A stretch of DNA of 52,415 nucleotides, filler included, from Dimargaris cristalligena (lineage: Eukaryota), in the NCBI GenBank assembly GCA_003614675.1. It is 2 parts of 2 records of this genome, joined end to end, with 100 filler letters (N's around TTAATTAATTAA, not from the genome) between each part and the next. Parts side by side here need not be neighbours in the genome. Positions count along the whole stretch, not along the records: positions 1 to 26,269 come from ML002546.1; 1 more part is not named here. One strand, 5' to 3'. Numbering within the stretch: position 1 is the stretch's first letter; every line of letters begins with the position of its first letter. The notes under the pieces are model-generated. The model was not told where the DNA came from. It ran no database searches and worked only from the letters and a program-made list of their open reading frames with translations. The translations under genes were made by a program, and so were the position numbers. This document shows positions 1 to 12,414 of this stretch, piece after piece.

Positions 1-70
1 CCTTTCCCTTTTATTATCTATCTTTTCAAATAAAGTTCAGTTTTCAAGGATTTGAGTTCAGTTCTTTACA
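1..70 (-). mobile_element. Terminal fragment of an LTR-like element (begins TGTAAAG on the minus strand), inserted into the DIRS relic; the contig ends inside it
   Basis: 18-70 is the reverse complement of 52362-52414 (52/53 identical). The shared sequence starts at TG(TA) at both loci and the flanks are unrelated. Confidence 0.6.
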
Positions 71-1690
71 ATAGCCATGCTTAGAAATTCCATAGCCTGG
101 GCTGGAGTAAGAATTGATTTCTTCCAGTTGATGGGAAATCCCAGTATTTGGAGATAATCAAGTACTGTAGCTAGATTGGCCTGGGCCTATGAGTAAGTGG
201 GTGAAATGATGGCAATGTCATCCAGGTAGTAAGACAGGATAATCCCCTAGGCAAATAATGGTTTGATGGCTGCTTTCATAATGTGTGAAAATACCTGGGG
301 GCCATAGCAAGACCAAATAGTAGTGACCGGTACTGGAATACCTGGTCCCCTGATTGGATAGACAGGTACCTATGGGAATCCACATGGATAGGTACTGTTA
401 AATAGGCATCCTTGATGTCTAATTTGGTGAGGTAGTTATTCTGGGTTACCATAGAAGTGAATACCCCTAAGCTCTCCATTTTGAAATGGAGGACTGTAAG
501 TTAATCAATGGGTAGTATTTTTCCTGTTCCTGTTTCATGAAGAGGTTAGAACAGTATACCTGGTTATCCACAGTGCCTCTCTCCAGAACTCAGTAAGTGA
601 TTAGCTGATTGACCACTGTATACAGTTCTGCTTAGTCCTATTTGGTAGTGTGGAAGGGGTGTGGAATCTCCTTAGTGGGAGTCAAGTTCTATGTTACCCT
701 GTACCCCTCCTGTACCACCTGGTGGACCCATAAGTTGTGGGTCAGTGTCTTCTAGGCTGGGTAAAAGTGGGCCAATCATCCACCAGGGGCAATCCCATCA
801 CTGAGTTGACTGTAGTGGTCAGTCATTAGTGGTGGATAGTGGGGCTGTGGTATCACCAGTGGTGAGGGGGGTGGATGTTCCTGGACTTAGTCAGACTGGT
901 CTGGTGGAATTGGCTTTAGTCATTGGCTGGTTTCCCTGATTTTGCACTCTGGAAGTTTTTTGGACTAGTAAACTTTCCTCTTCCTGGGAAATTTCCCCCA
1001 GTCTTGATCTGATTTTGGTTTTACCAGAGGGTGGACTTATTGATCTGCTGCTACACCTCTTGGGCTTCCTCCTTTTAGATAAATTCTAAGGCATCATCCC
1101 CAAAGAGACTTTCAGATTATCAGTTGGTGATCTACATGACTCGGTGGTGTAAGTCAGTGGGGACACAGGTCTACTGGAGCAGGTGCTTCTGTTGCTCCTT
1201 AGTGGTAATAGCGTACAGATGGGCATTGATGATGAACATGTACTGGATATGCTCCAGGTACTGTTTGAAGCTGATGTGTCCATCCCAAATACTGCAGGCT
1301 GAGATAACTAGTGCAGTAAGTCCTTCACACACTCCCTTGTATCATCATTGGGCCTATTCCATGATGGTATCCTGGCCTATGACCTTGATCCCTGGTTTCT
1401 TTTGCCAGTGTGGTTCCAGTTTAGGAGTTCACAGCCACTGCTCTAATAATTTTGGGATGCAGTCCACAAGCCCAGTAAAGAACAATACTGAGAGGATGTA
1501 CTGCTTGGGATCCTCAAAGCAGAGTTCAGTGATGGGTGGTGGAAGCTGGGGCCACTGCTCATTGGCTCATAAGATAATGTTAACAGGCTGAGGGCTGGTA
1601 ACTGCTTCCAGCTGTTGGTATAGTGCAGAGATGATTTCTTGGGTATCCTCCTGGGGTCGAGTTTCGAATTGGTAGGACGTTGATTCATTA
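71..1690 (-). mobile_element. Degenerate DIRS-like (tyrosine-recombinase class) retrotransposon: reverse transcriptase and upstream region, with stops and frameshifts
   Basis: Minus strand gives LDIKDAYLTVPI...FQYRSLLFGLAMAPR (276-479), ILSYYLDDIAII (~205-243, YxDD motif) and the DIRS pre-RT motif PGG*LAHFYPA*KTLTHNLWVHQVVQEGYRV (~695-790; consensus GGRLxxFxxxW...WV...GY). Only about 3 CpG in 1-1655. No recombinase domain is visible in the window. Confidence 0.85.
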
Positions 1691-1840
1691 TCAGCAGATA
1701 TAACGTATTTAAGATACCTGTCAGTTATATATAAGTAGTGGTATAGTATCCCGGTGTATATGTTTATATATAAGAAAATACACTAGTTTCGACTATATAG
1801 TTTATTATTATTAAGTTAACATGAGTGAAATAATAAAGAA

Positions 1841-1984
1841 TATGAGAGTAGTTCAACCAGGCTGTATAACGAAAAATCCACTTGATGAGGCAAATACTAC
1901 TGGTTGAAAATAAACATCCCACCGATTTTCCCATACGCATAACAGTTAAAACCTTATACAACCGAGCTGAACTTCACCCATATG
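1841..1984 (+). repeat. Dispersed ~140-bp repeat, with an inverted copy at ~30966-31110
   Basis: ggctgtataacgaaaaatccacttgatgaggcaaatactactgg...aaaaccttataca...cccatatg aligns with the reverse complement of 30966-31110. Confidence 0.75.
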
Positions 1985-2953
1985 AAGAAAAAGGCAGGCT
2001 CTCTTTTTAAAACGCAATAGTCGTAGCTTCAAAAGGGTCTAAGGCTACCAGTGAGGCAGGCCCGATCCATATATATGGGTATGAGCGCTCATATGGACGA
2101 AAAAATTACTAAATAAAGCAGTGCGCGGCCTCAAAAGCCGTCATTCCCATGATGAAAGGCATAACTCAGATTAAATAAGCCGGGCGATGTTTAATACTCG
2201 TTATCCCCCATTTCTGCACCCACATCTATTAATAATAAGTAGGTCTAGCACCACCAAAACATACCCTCTCACTCAATCCAGCTTCCCCTCTCCTGTAGGC
2301 CCGAGATCCTCCACATTAACATTAAAACTTTCTGAGAAGGATGCCGAGTCAGTATCCCGTATTCCCAGGCCTAGTACGCCCAAGGCGGGGCCACCTAGCA
2401 CTAAAAATAATTATTTAGCCAACCTGATTGAACCATACCCATATCTAACCACTTATGTTTGTGTTCTTTGATCTATCCTTTAGAGCTACTCGAAATGCAC
2501 TGCGGTCAGTATTGTCAATAGTAGACCGCATAGTCGAGCCCACTGGGGTTTGTAGATTTAATGGAGCATTCTTCGATTGGTAAGTTGAGTTAGGTGGTAC
2601 CCATATTTTCCAATTAAAATATTGTAAAAATGGAAACGACAATACCCACAGTTGGCTATGTTAATTCGTGTGGTAAATATATGATCTGGGAGGCCCAATT
2701 AATTGCAAATCTACGTAAGGTATTATAAGGGGGCCCTTCAAAACTGCAACGCCAGCCTGGAGAAAGGATTTGGGGTTTATAAGGAAATATATAAAAATGG
2801 AGTACAATAAAAAGAGAATCTAGCTCAACGCATCCAATGACGGTAAGAAGAAGGTCAGAAAGCAGGCTCAAACTGACCAGGAGCCCTGGGGCCTAAACGA
2901 GCAGTCGAGTTAGTTCTCCAGTGACGTGGGGATTAAGCAGCTTCGGGTGCTCT

Positions 2954-3510
2954 TTAATGGCGGGGCGCGGGAGGAGGGGGCAACTTGTTGGCCGGTCCGG
3001 AGACGGTCTTGTAGCCCTTCAGGCCGTACACCTGAACCATATCCAGGTACAGTTCACCCAATTGGCGGCAGTTTTGGATATAGTTGACGCCCTCTTGACG
3101 ATAGCATTGCTGTAACCGCTTCTGAAGGATACGCAGCTCCATAAGCTGGACCCAGCTGTCCCTAAGATACTGGTCACGGGCGCGGCGGAAACCTAGAGAT
3201 TCCCGAGGCAAGGTAATAGGTTTAAATAATAGTATAAGCGGCGTAAATAGGTGGGCTGGACCAAAGTGGTGTTAGAGGATGCGCGGAGCGAATCAAGAAC
3301 CAGACCAACGAACCATTACCGCGATCCAGGGCGGGGCCTCAATAAATAAGGGTAGGTTAGAAAAGGGTCTACCCGCGGTAGCTGGGCTGAAAGTTTGGTA
3401 CGGGGGCCATCTGGAGACAGCAACCTACCGATGAGATCGCCCTTCTCGAGTTCGTCGAAATCGGGCACACGGGGAAACTGACGGTGGGCGGGATCGGGAT
3501 AATTGGGCAT
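2954..3510 (-). CDS. NDUFB10: Mitochondrial complex I accessory subunit NDUFB10-like (fungal 12-kDa subunit); exons 3510-3429 and 3192-2954
   Basis: Spliced product MPNYPDP...DFDELEKGDLIGFRRARDQYLRDSWVQLMELRIL...QCYRQEGVNYIQNC has the CYxxEGVNxxxxC motif; the GT..AG intron is in the correct phase. Confidence 0.85.
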
Positions 3511-4030
3511 GGTTGGGGCGTGGGATTGAACGAAATGATCGGACCGGGAAGGCAGGCCTGCTCCAAAAGTGTTAAATAAATAAAGAGATTGGGAATGTAG
3601 TGAGAGTCGAGTTAATAGTGGGAGGCTGGGGAAAAGGGGAGCAGCAGGTACACACAGGGCAGAATCACCCCAAGCTACAGGAATGGGAATAGCCGTGGTA
3701 GGTTGGTTTCAGTATATAGGGTTATCCTCCTCTCATTACAACACAGGCTTAGTTAGGGCCAATATTACCAAAGAACCCCCCCTTCTCTCATATTACTTAT
3801 CTATCCACACGCCAGAGTGCGCGCTGTGCCACATTCCTCCTGTCGCTTTGTTAATACTATTCGAGCTCTTCCTACTGACTTGCCCTAAATCCAATTTAAC
3901 GTGTAAATTGGACGCCCATTAAGTGCATTCCTAGCTTCTAGTGCAAATCCCTGTCACCCCCTCTATCCCTTCTTTTCTTGGGAACAAGTATTAGTTAGTC
4001 CAAGACTCCCTAGCACATCATATTCTTGCC

Positions 4031-5324
4031 ATGGACGACGACTCCAAATCCCTGGACAGTGCCGTCACCGATTCGGTCCAATGGACGCCCCAAATGGAGG
4101 TAGCATTGTTCAATGCCATGGTGGGGCGAAAACCAGTAGGTAAGGAAATCCCCTATTTTGTCTGTTTTACCAATAATCATGCTAGTTAGTCAGCAATTCT
4201 CAATTGCGGTTACCCGTCCTCTGCTAAACTTAGAGTGATGTAGCCGCCAATGACCTTCCCTCTGGCTACAGTCCCCGTATTCAAATTGGCATGTATCATT
4301 TTCGGTTTACCCTAATCGACTTATACTATACCTATTCCCCCCCCCCCAGGTATCCACAAGCACTTTCGCATGGTGGCTATTTACCACCATTTCCTCAATA
4401 GCGGTATCCAGCCTTGCACTACACAGGATATATGGGAGAAGCTTGATGAACTATTCGACCTCCAGGTTCTCGATGATATGGTAAGTCATCCAAATCCTGC
4501 CTCTGGTTTATACTTTTGTTGGCCCCCTCCCAGTGCCAAAGCCGTTCCCCCGATAATGCCAAAAAAAACCTTCTTACGTCGGCTTTACCCTGTATCCGAT
4601 ACACGACCCTTTCCGTATCACCCACCCTCCGATAATCTAGGAATTTAATAGTGATGAGGATGACGAGGATACTAAATCGAGGAAACACCCTTCAGAACCC
4701 AGCTCGCCCACCATCCGCTCGCGAGTCAGCATTCACCATCCCCAATTTTGGAAACACTCGTTCGATTTCGAATTGCCGTGGGATGAATATGAGGCCATTA
4801 TAGCTGAACATGGGCGGGACCCCGATGACCACGCGTCAATCAAGGAGCCCGCGACGCCCACCCCGGTTCCTCTAACTAGCGCTTCGTCGGCACGCTCCTT
4901 ACGTACTAGAAAAGGATCTCCCACCCCATCGACCGAAAGTGTACGGACGGTATCCCAAGAAGGTAATAATTGCCACCATGGACCCGTACACTGGGTGCAC
5001 CCTTCCCTACCTGCGTGTATGTAAATACCTGCCAGATTAAACGAAAAACGTATATCAAGCCTTAGGTTTGCCTACCATTATTTCTAACATGTTCTTTATA
5101 CTGCCCCTATTCCATTCCAAACAAACCCCTTAGCTCATGCCCCCAAAAAGACCCGCCGAACCGTTTCCAGTACTCGGAAGGAGATGGTGGCCCTTTTAGC
5201 GGACCCCAAAATGGGGCCCACGTCGTCGTCACGACGGAAAACCAGCCGGACCAACCTTCCTTCTCCTACATCCAGCAAGGCCCCCCCGGCCATTGGCACT
5301 CGTCGCACTACTCGCAAAAACTAA
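4031..5324 (+). CDS. EAF7: NuA4 subunit Eaf7/MRGBP; exons 4031-4139, 4350-4480, 4641-4962, 5134-5324
   Basis: WTPQMEVALFNAMVGRKPVG|IHKHFRM...IWEKLDELFDLQVLD and DFELPWDEY motifs; canonical splice sites in phase. Confidence 0.9.
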
Positions 5325-5765
5325 CCTCGCGTCGGCTCTCCGTAAACAGTCGCTGATGGATCCCCCATTTCCGCTGTTTTCGATTAATTGGCTGACTTTA
5401 CACCCACTTTAGTGCTCGCGAGTCCCATCGGTTTCCTTGCGGCTCTACCTAATGCAGAAAACGCTTTACTTCTCTAGGTTGTACCAGTGTCTCTATTGAT
5501 TCGACACCACCCTGCTCACTTTCTTATGATTGTATTAGTATAAAATTTTGTTATTTATCTAATAGCCTGCTGTGATGGTTGGGATAGTGGATTTTTTACT
5601 ATGTAATAACCGATTCCCCGTAACTATTTACGTTAACCACTGTACCGAGGCTGGGGAAGTCAGACTAATTGAAAAATGAGTAAGAGGGGCAGATGGCCGT
5701 CGGTGCCCCAAATGAAGACTGGGTTGCGAATAACTGCTGCACCTTTAGGTCTAAAATCGAATAAA

Positions 5766-6576
5766 CTAGGCAGTCGTGGATTTACTCGGCGAGTTCGTGT
5801 TGTCCACCACTTCGGAAAGTCGCTCCATTTCCTTAAGGTTGTCACCCATTTTCTCGAGGCGCTGTTCGATGGCACCGACTAATCAGAAAGGTAATGGCAC
5901 GTATGGGATCATAATCGTCAATAGGTTGGGTGATAGAGAAGCAAAGTGTAGCGCCCCTAACCTGAAGGGCACCTCTTAAATCAGGCTAAGTTACAATGGG
6001 GTTTTTCTAGGCGGGGGCCAACCAATCTCGATACTGATAAGCCAACTTACATTTGTCGGAGGAGTTACGGCTAAAGTCATTCAATTTGTTTTCCTGGTGG
6101 ATTGTAATAAATCGTCCAAAGGCGCATTTGGTATAGGGAATTAGTAACTCGACGGGATTTAAACTATCCAACGAGATAAAAGGACATAACAACACTGTCA
6201 ACCATATGAGAGACTGGGTGACTTACCATTTGCGATAAAAGGGACTCTAGCTAAGATGTGTCGAAGAGGCAGTTGGAACATAGTATTATCCTAGGAATAT
6301 GGTTAGGGGTAGAGGTACTGTCGAGTATAATCCAGGGGAGAAATGCCTCATTGCATAGCTAACTTCCTCGATTTGCTTGATACAAGCGTGATAAATAAGG
6401 GCTCCCGAACGAATACATGGTTAACTCCCTAGTCAACAATCGGCTTTAACGAGCGGCCAGGTCAAATAGGGTTTCCAGGGGCTGGGTCTTACCTTTTCCA
6501 CCACCTCGAGAGGGGAGCGCTGTTCCGCCGAGTCCTTTTCGGCGGGACGCTGAGCGGCGGCGGTAGGGTCAGACAT
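5766..6576 (-). CDS. HSBP1-like small coiled-coil protein; exons 6576-6493, 6250-6227 (24 nt), 6093-6051, 5878-5766
   Basis: Spliced product ...LEVVEK LESLLSQM ENKLNDFSRNSSDKFGAIEQRLEKMGDNLKEM resembles the HSBP1 heptad pattern; all introns are GT..AG and in phase. Confidence 0.65.
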
Positions 6577-6947
6577 GGGAACGACGTAGACTGGGGGGAC
6601 AAATGCACAGAAGTGACTCGGAGGCCAAGGTAATAAAGGTATGCTAATCACAATGGCGATGGGTAGGGATGGTGGCTATACCGAGCAACGCACGAAATGG
6701 AAGTAAACGAATAGAAGCAATCTGCGAAGGCGATGGGCCGTTTAGCATATAATAACCACAGAGAGTGGGGTAGTAACCTGTGGCTTTGGTCCAAATTACC
6801 TTCATACCTTGTATGCGTCCGCAGTGCTTCGCAGCAACCACCGGAGAATCGCACCATTATAAAGGGAGCATACGCATAGGGGTTGCTCTAATACTTTGTT
6901 TTACCTTTTATAATATAATTTACAAAGGAAAATTTATTCCAATAGGC

Positions 6948-7018
6948 GCGCAGATGGTTTAGTGGTATAATTACCGCCTGCCACGCGGTAGACCCGGGTT
7001 CGATTCCCGGTCTGCGCA
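6948..7018 (+). tRNA. tRNA-Gly (GCC), intronless
   Basis: Acceptor stem GCGCAGA/TCTGCGC+A, anticodon arm ACCGC-CTGCCAC-GCGGT, T-loop GTTCGATTC, T-runs just downstream. Confidence 0.97.
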
Positions 7019-7678
7019 TCCTTTTGACTTTTCAAAATCTCCTGTGGCCCTAGGTTGCTGGCCTCACTTGTTATAGAGGACACTAGTGGCGGGTGGGGGT
7101 GAAGGAGGTGGTGGTTGTTGGAGATTGAGTTGATCAGTTGCAGAGTTTACCCCCCGTCATTTTTTTTTTTCGTTTGATGCTGACGTCGAGTACCTCCACA
7201 TCCAGATGGGGAGGCCAATAATATGGGCGGCATGAGGGTAACACAGTTCACACCCTGCCTACCAGTCGGAAACCATGGAAGGGTGGTAGGCATATTTTCT
7301 TGTACAATGCCTGTGTACGGGGTCATTGGTTTGTGGATAGGGAATTCCTTGCCATAGACTCAAGCGTGCTGCCAAGAGAAAAGTACAACTTCGGGGAATC
7401 TATCCACTACCATTTGACATACACACCCTCAATTTTTCTAGAGGCATCCCAACTATTGGTAGTGGCCTTTGAACAGTGTCCTTCAACAACAGGTAAAAGG
7501 CTATATAAATACACCAAAATCACCCTTCCTTCTCCATTGCCAGGGAATTAATGTTCTTGATTTAGCTTCCTTTTTTCACAGCAGTGACCATCATTTCCTT
7601 TGTTCCTACTCTATATACCCCGGTCTATTTGGAATTACCTAGCTTACTTAAATTTAAACCGCATTAGGCAGGATTGTG

Positions 7679-8392
7679 ATGGCATTTTCATTTCGTTGGG
7701 TGGTCATCAGTGTTGCTCTGGTGTGCCTAAATACTTGGGTGCTGTGCGACCCAACACCGGCCGACAGTACACCGGCTCCAAAGGGTATTTTACGCCCACT
7801 CAACGCCGAACGGATCACTCCTGCGAAGACAGTTAAGTTTGCAGATAAAAAAATGGTTCTTTCTTTTAGAAAAGCTACACCAATCAACATGATTAAAGTG
7901 GATCCGACAATCGGCCCTGGGAATACAGCCAAGCCCGGTGCTAGCAGTAAAAGACTCGGGGCGCATAATCCACTGCACAAGTCTCCGCCGGTGGTATCAT
8001 CTAGACAGGTACCGCCGACAGGAACTGGTGGCTTATCCGAGCGTGGCACAAATGAACCTCACCCCCCATCCCGACTGCTTCAACATGCGGAGAAATATCA
8101 AGAGCGGCACAGCCAATCAGGGAACGGGGCACCCAAACCGATTGAACTGGAGCACCCATCTCAGATTTCGGTGAGTCCTAGTCATTTGCCAGTAGCTCTA
8201 ACGTCCTCAAAGTTCATGATTCGCCCTAAACCAACAGCCACTGCTGCCAACATTCCCCAGCTATTACGTACAAAATCCCGACTAAGCAGCTCAGGTCTGC
8301 GGCAGCCCAGTAGATTTGTGCGTCCAAGCCAAACCTGCCAGGTCACTAATCCCGCTGTCTCTGGTCATACCAAACGGTTCACCACTTCTTAA
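7679..8392 (+). CDS. Hypothetical secreted, basic, Pro/Ser-rich disordered protein with GILR and KTVKF (PP1-docking-like) motifs
   Basis: Single-exon ORF; hydrophobic N-terminus MAFSFRWVVISVALVCLNTWVLC; TATATAAA at 7502. Confidence 0.7.
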   Translation: MAFSFRWVVISVALVCLNTWVLCDPTPADSTPAPKGILRPLNAERITPAKTVKFADKKMVLSFRKATPINMIKVDPTIGPGNTAKPGASSKRLGAHNPLHKSPPVVSSRQVPPTGTGGLSERGTNEPHPPSRLLQHAEKYQERHSQSGNGAPKPIELEHPSQISVSPSHLPVALTSSKFMIRPKPTATAANIPQLLRTKSRLSSSGLRQPSRFVRPSQTCQVTNPAVSGHTKRFTTS

Positions 8393-9054
8393 TAGAACTC
8401 TAAGGCCTTTCAAAACCAGGGATTACCAGGTTGAATAAGGTTTCCAGCAACTCCCAGGTATTTGGGGGAGTTGGTTAGGCATGGGTGCCAAATATATGTG
8501 CTACTCGCCCAGAAGTCTAGCTAAACGGTTAATTTATAGTCGGTCCTACATGGTTTGGCCATATTGTTGGATTTTTTTATTTTCCGCAATCTCTTACTTT
8601 TGAGCAATCGATCCTCTATGCTACTAAATTCATAGTCTCTAAGTACTATTGCCTAAAGTTATTACAAGTTTACTGGGGTAGCTGAGATTCATACTCTCTT
8701 GAATTAAATTAGTTAAAAGGCGTGCATGCTAACTCTATTGGCACTGTTTAATCACATGACCTGGGTTAAACAGCTCTTTATGTAAGTGGTTGTGAATGTG
8801 TGGACATCGGAAAGGGGGAGGAGGGGTTTGTTTACTCCATTAGATAGATTCATGGGTAATTTCCTTGGGGAGTAAGAGCCGGGTTGTGTACAGTCGAGCA
8901 GTACCTATAAGCGGTGGTGGTACTGCACATTTACCCTGCCTCGCTGACCTTAACTATACCATTCCTCATTTGCATTCCTAGTTTTTAAAGCCCTGTCATA
9001 AAACCTACTTCGACGCCCCCGCCTACATCCAGCCTCCCAGCTTTCGTCAACCCC

Positions 9055-12000
9055 ATGAAGGCCAAAACATTCCAAATCAACTGGCACGACAATTTGGCCG
9101 TATTCTCGGTCGATTTTGATCCCAGCCGACCCGGACGCTTTGCAACCGCAGGTGGCGATAGTAATGTTCGCGTAAGTATTCGCAATTTGGGAGTAGGGAC
9201 CCGTACCATGGCGCAAATGGCATGGAACTACGTGCCTGGTAATATTGGGCACGTGTTTTTATGAAGGACCCAAGCTGGTCTGTATACTGTAACCGGCTAC
9301 CACCCCCTTCTGAAGTCTTATTGTAAATTGTGCCTAAATCTATCATCTGCTAATGTAATGATATAGCTTTGGCGGTTAATGGAGTCCAGCAATGGCAATG
9401 TCTCGGTCAATTTCGTTGCAGAGTTAGCCAGGCACTCCGCCGCCGTCAATGTGGTTCGGTTTTCCCCAGCCGGTAAGCTTTCTATGCTAATCAATTTAGA
9501 CATTCGGTAGTTATTCATAGCTGCATGATCAACCGCATGGTTAATGGATCCGATACAAATGTTGGTTTTGCATACTCATTATTTATTCCAGCGGTATATT
9601 ATATTCCCGGGATATATTCCTCGTATAGATTCGTTGCTTGCCTCGTCAGGGGATGGTAGGTTATTTTTGAAAATATATTTGTTGAGGTTTGCATACACAT
9701 CGAGCCGATAAGCTATCAAACCGTGTTATTTAATATTTCAAATTCTACTCGTATCCTTGGTATAATGTTAGGAATTGCTAATCCATTGATATATAAATTG
9801 CATTGGCTTGTAATAATGTAGATGGTACCATCATAGTTTGGAAACAAAGCCAGGCCGCATCGGGTTCGCTTGAAAATGCCAGTGTTGCGGGCGCTGAGGA
9901 AACTTGGAAGGCCGTATCTTTATTGAGGTAATCAATTGACCATGCGGAGACTTTCGCCAATACTAAGCCATGTACAATAATTCAAGCAACCGCTACGTAT
10001 GAGCCGAAAAGTCGTGAATATAAAAAAATACGTACGTATTTAGATAACAATACGGAATTCTGACTATGAGCAGTACTCTAACCAACTCATACCACCTACT
10101 TTATGTATATATTTTTGGGTTAAATCACTAGAGGATCCCTGGCCGATATCTACGATATATCCTGGTCGGCCGACGGCCGGTTTATAATCAGTGGATCAGT
10201 AGATAACACTGCCCGGATCTGGGATGTTAAGCAAGGTCAGACTCGCATATATTCATGTTTGAGATATTAGAAAGACATGCTTCTTGATATTAATGTGACA
10301 AATTCTAGGAAAACTTGTAATATATACATATTCCAAAATTATGTTTGACGTCCCCATTATAACTTGGACCGATTTCCGCGTTAAAACGCCAGCTAATCCT
10401 TCCCAATTATTCGAAATCCCACTTTATTACCGTACCGATATTAGCCAAATGTATACACTGTATTGCTGACCATAGCAATTATATCCAGGGGGTTGCATGG
10501 GACCCCAAAGGTCATTTTTTTGCTACGCAGAGCAGTGATCGGTAAGTCATGGTGTTTGGCGCAGCTTCAAACCGGTAATTTTAATGAGCTAGATATATAT
10601 TCTTTCTCGAGTTAACGGAGTTTTACTCTGGTATTCGTAGTTATCCTGATTGAAGTATCACATAATTCCAGATACTTACTGCTAAACCAAATAATTGTTT
10701 TCTGAAAAAAATATGGACTTATGATAGAGCGGTCAATATTTATGAATGGACGGTAAAGACACTTAATACTACTAAAAAATCGCTGTTAGTAAAACACTCT
10801 CGGCTGGAAGTCGAATCTCGCACCCCGACCAATGCTGCCAATGAGCCTCAGGAAACTACAGCCCCACCTGCCCCGCAATCCGGGCAGTTAGCCGCTGACA
10901 AAAAGGACAAATCAACTGGTGACGGCCCGTCTAAACCCCATTCCCTCTCGGGCCAAACAGGCGGTCCTCAGTACGTCCGGTTATACCACAGTGAAACGCT
11001 GACCTCCTTTTTCCGACGGTTGTGTTTTACCCCCGATGGGTCAGTTTTACTTACACCGGCTGGAATTCACCGAGTTCATGACTCCTCCACGACTAAATCT
11101 GGCTCGTCGGCGGATGAGCAGACTCAAAATGCAGTATACATTTACGCCCGGGATCGTTTGGCTGAGTAAGTGAAATGAATTGTGTGTATTTTCCCATTAT
11201 ATTCGTACCTTCCCATTAGGTAATTGGCCACGTAGCGCGAATTACAGGCATTGAGCTACTATATTCTTGGGACTGGTATTTGGAAAAGTTACTGACTGGT
11301 ACTGCATACCACTGTATGGCTCGGATTGCGTATATTCACCATTTTTTATAATTAGAGCTCCAGTGGCGATGCTCAGCGGCTTTCAAAAACCGGCCATCGC
11401 GATTCGGTGTGCCCCGCATCGGTTTTGTAAACGACCTCCAGCGAGCTCCGGCAAACCAAGCTCTGAATGGCTGGGCCTTCCTTACCGGCTCGTTTTTGCC
11501 GTGGCTACCCAGGATGCCGTGATTCTTTATGATTCACAACAGCACGAACCGCTGGCCTATTTGGCCAACTTTCATTACGCGACGCTAACCGATCTGTCTT
11601 GGTAAGTCACATCTCGATTCCACAAGTAGTGTCTTGAGCGTCTCACTTAGTCTACATCATGATAGATGGATCAGCTTATACCGGGGGTATATATTTATAC
11701 ATATCATTGAGCGCTGTGCCCATTTTACTGGCATTTTTTTTTATTGATTTTGAGAACTATCCTTTACCTCTATTTTGGTTCACCATGTCCATTATGGCAC
11801 CGTTTCTAATGGATCCATCAGGTCGCCTAACGGCCGTCATTTATTGATGACATCCTCTGACGGCTACTGCTCGGTTGTGATATTTGACGAGGGAGAACTG
11901 GGTGAAATCTATGGCCAGCCTATTTCGACCTCAGTTACCACCCAGGTCGAGCCAGTGAAGCCGGCTGCCCCATCAACGCCTAAGCCTGTTTCAGGTATGG

Positions 12001-12101
12001 TTAAGGTCGAGGCTACTCCATCAGAAATTGCGAACCCAGTCACAACAACCAAGACTGGCAAGAAGCGGATCCAGCCCACTTTGATTTCGTCTATTAATTA
12101 A
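9055..12101 (+). CDS. CAC2: Chromatin assembly factor 1 subunit B (WD40 repeat), about 9 exons
   Basis: [110 protein letters not shown]-terminal KKRIQPTLI. Confidence 0.95.
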
Positions 12102-12414
12102 CGGTGTATTTTGTTATCCACTACCAATAAGCTGCTATCAGTTAAGCATCGTCTTTCTGTGGGGCCGGCGATGTTCTTTCTGTCACTCCTGGGCCAGCCT
12201 TTCCTTTTTTTATTTCTTAGGCTGGATAGCCCCCATTCCCATGATGTTTTACGGAAATTTATTGTTATTTTGGTGCATTGGCTACACTGCACTATTCCAC
12301 TGTTTTTAATGTTGTACAAATTTCGCGATGTGGGTCGACTCACTTCAGCAGCCGCCCATCGAATCAATAAAAGTCTATTATTATCGATTGCTTTGGACAT
12401 CGGGTCCAATACCT

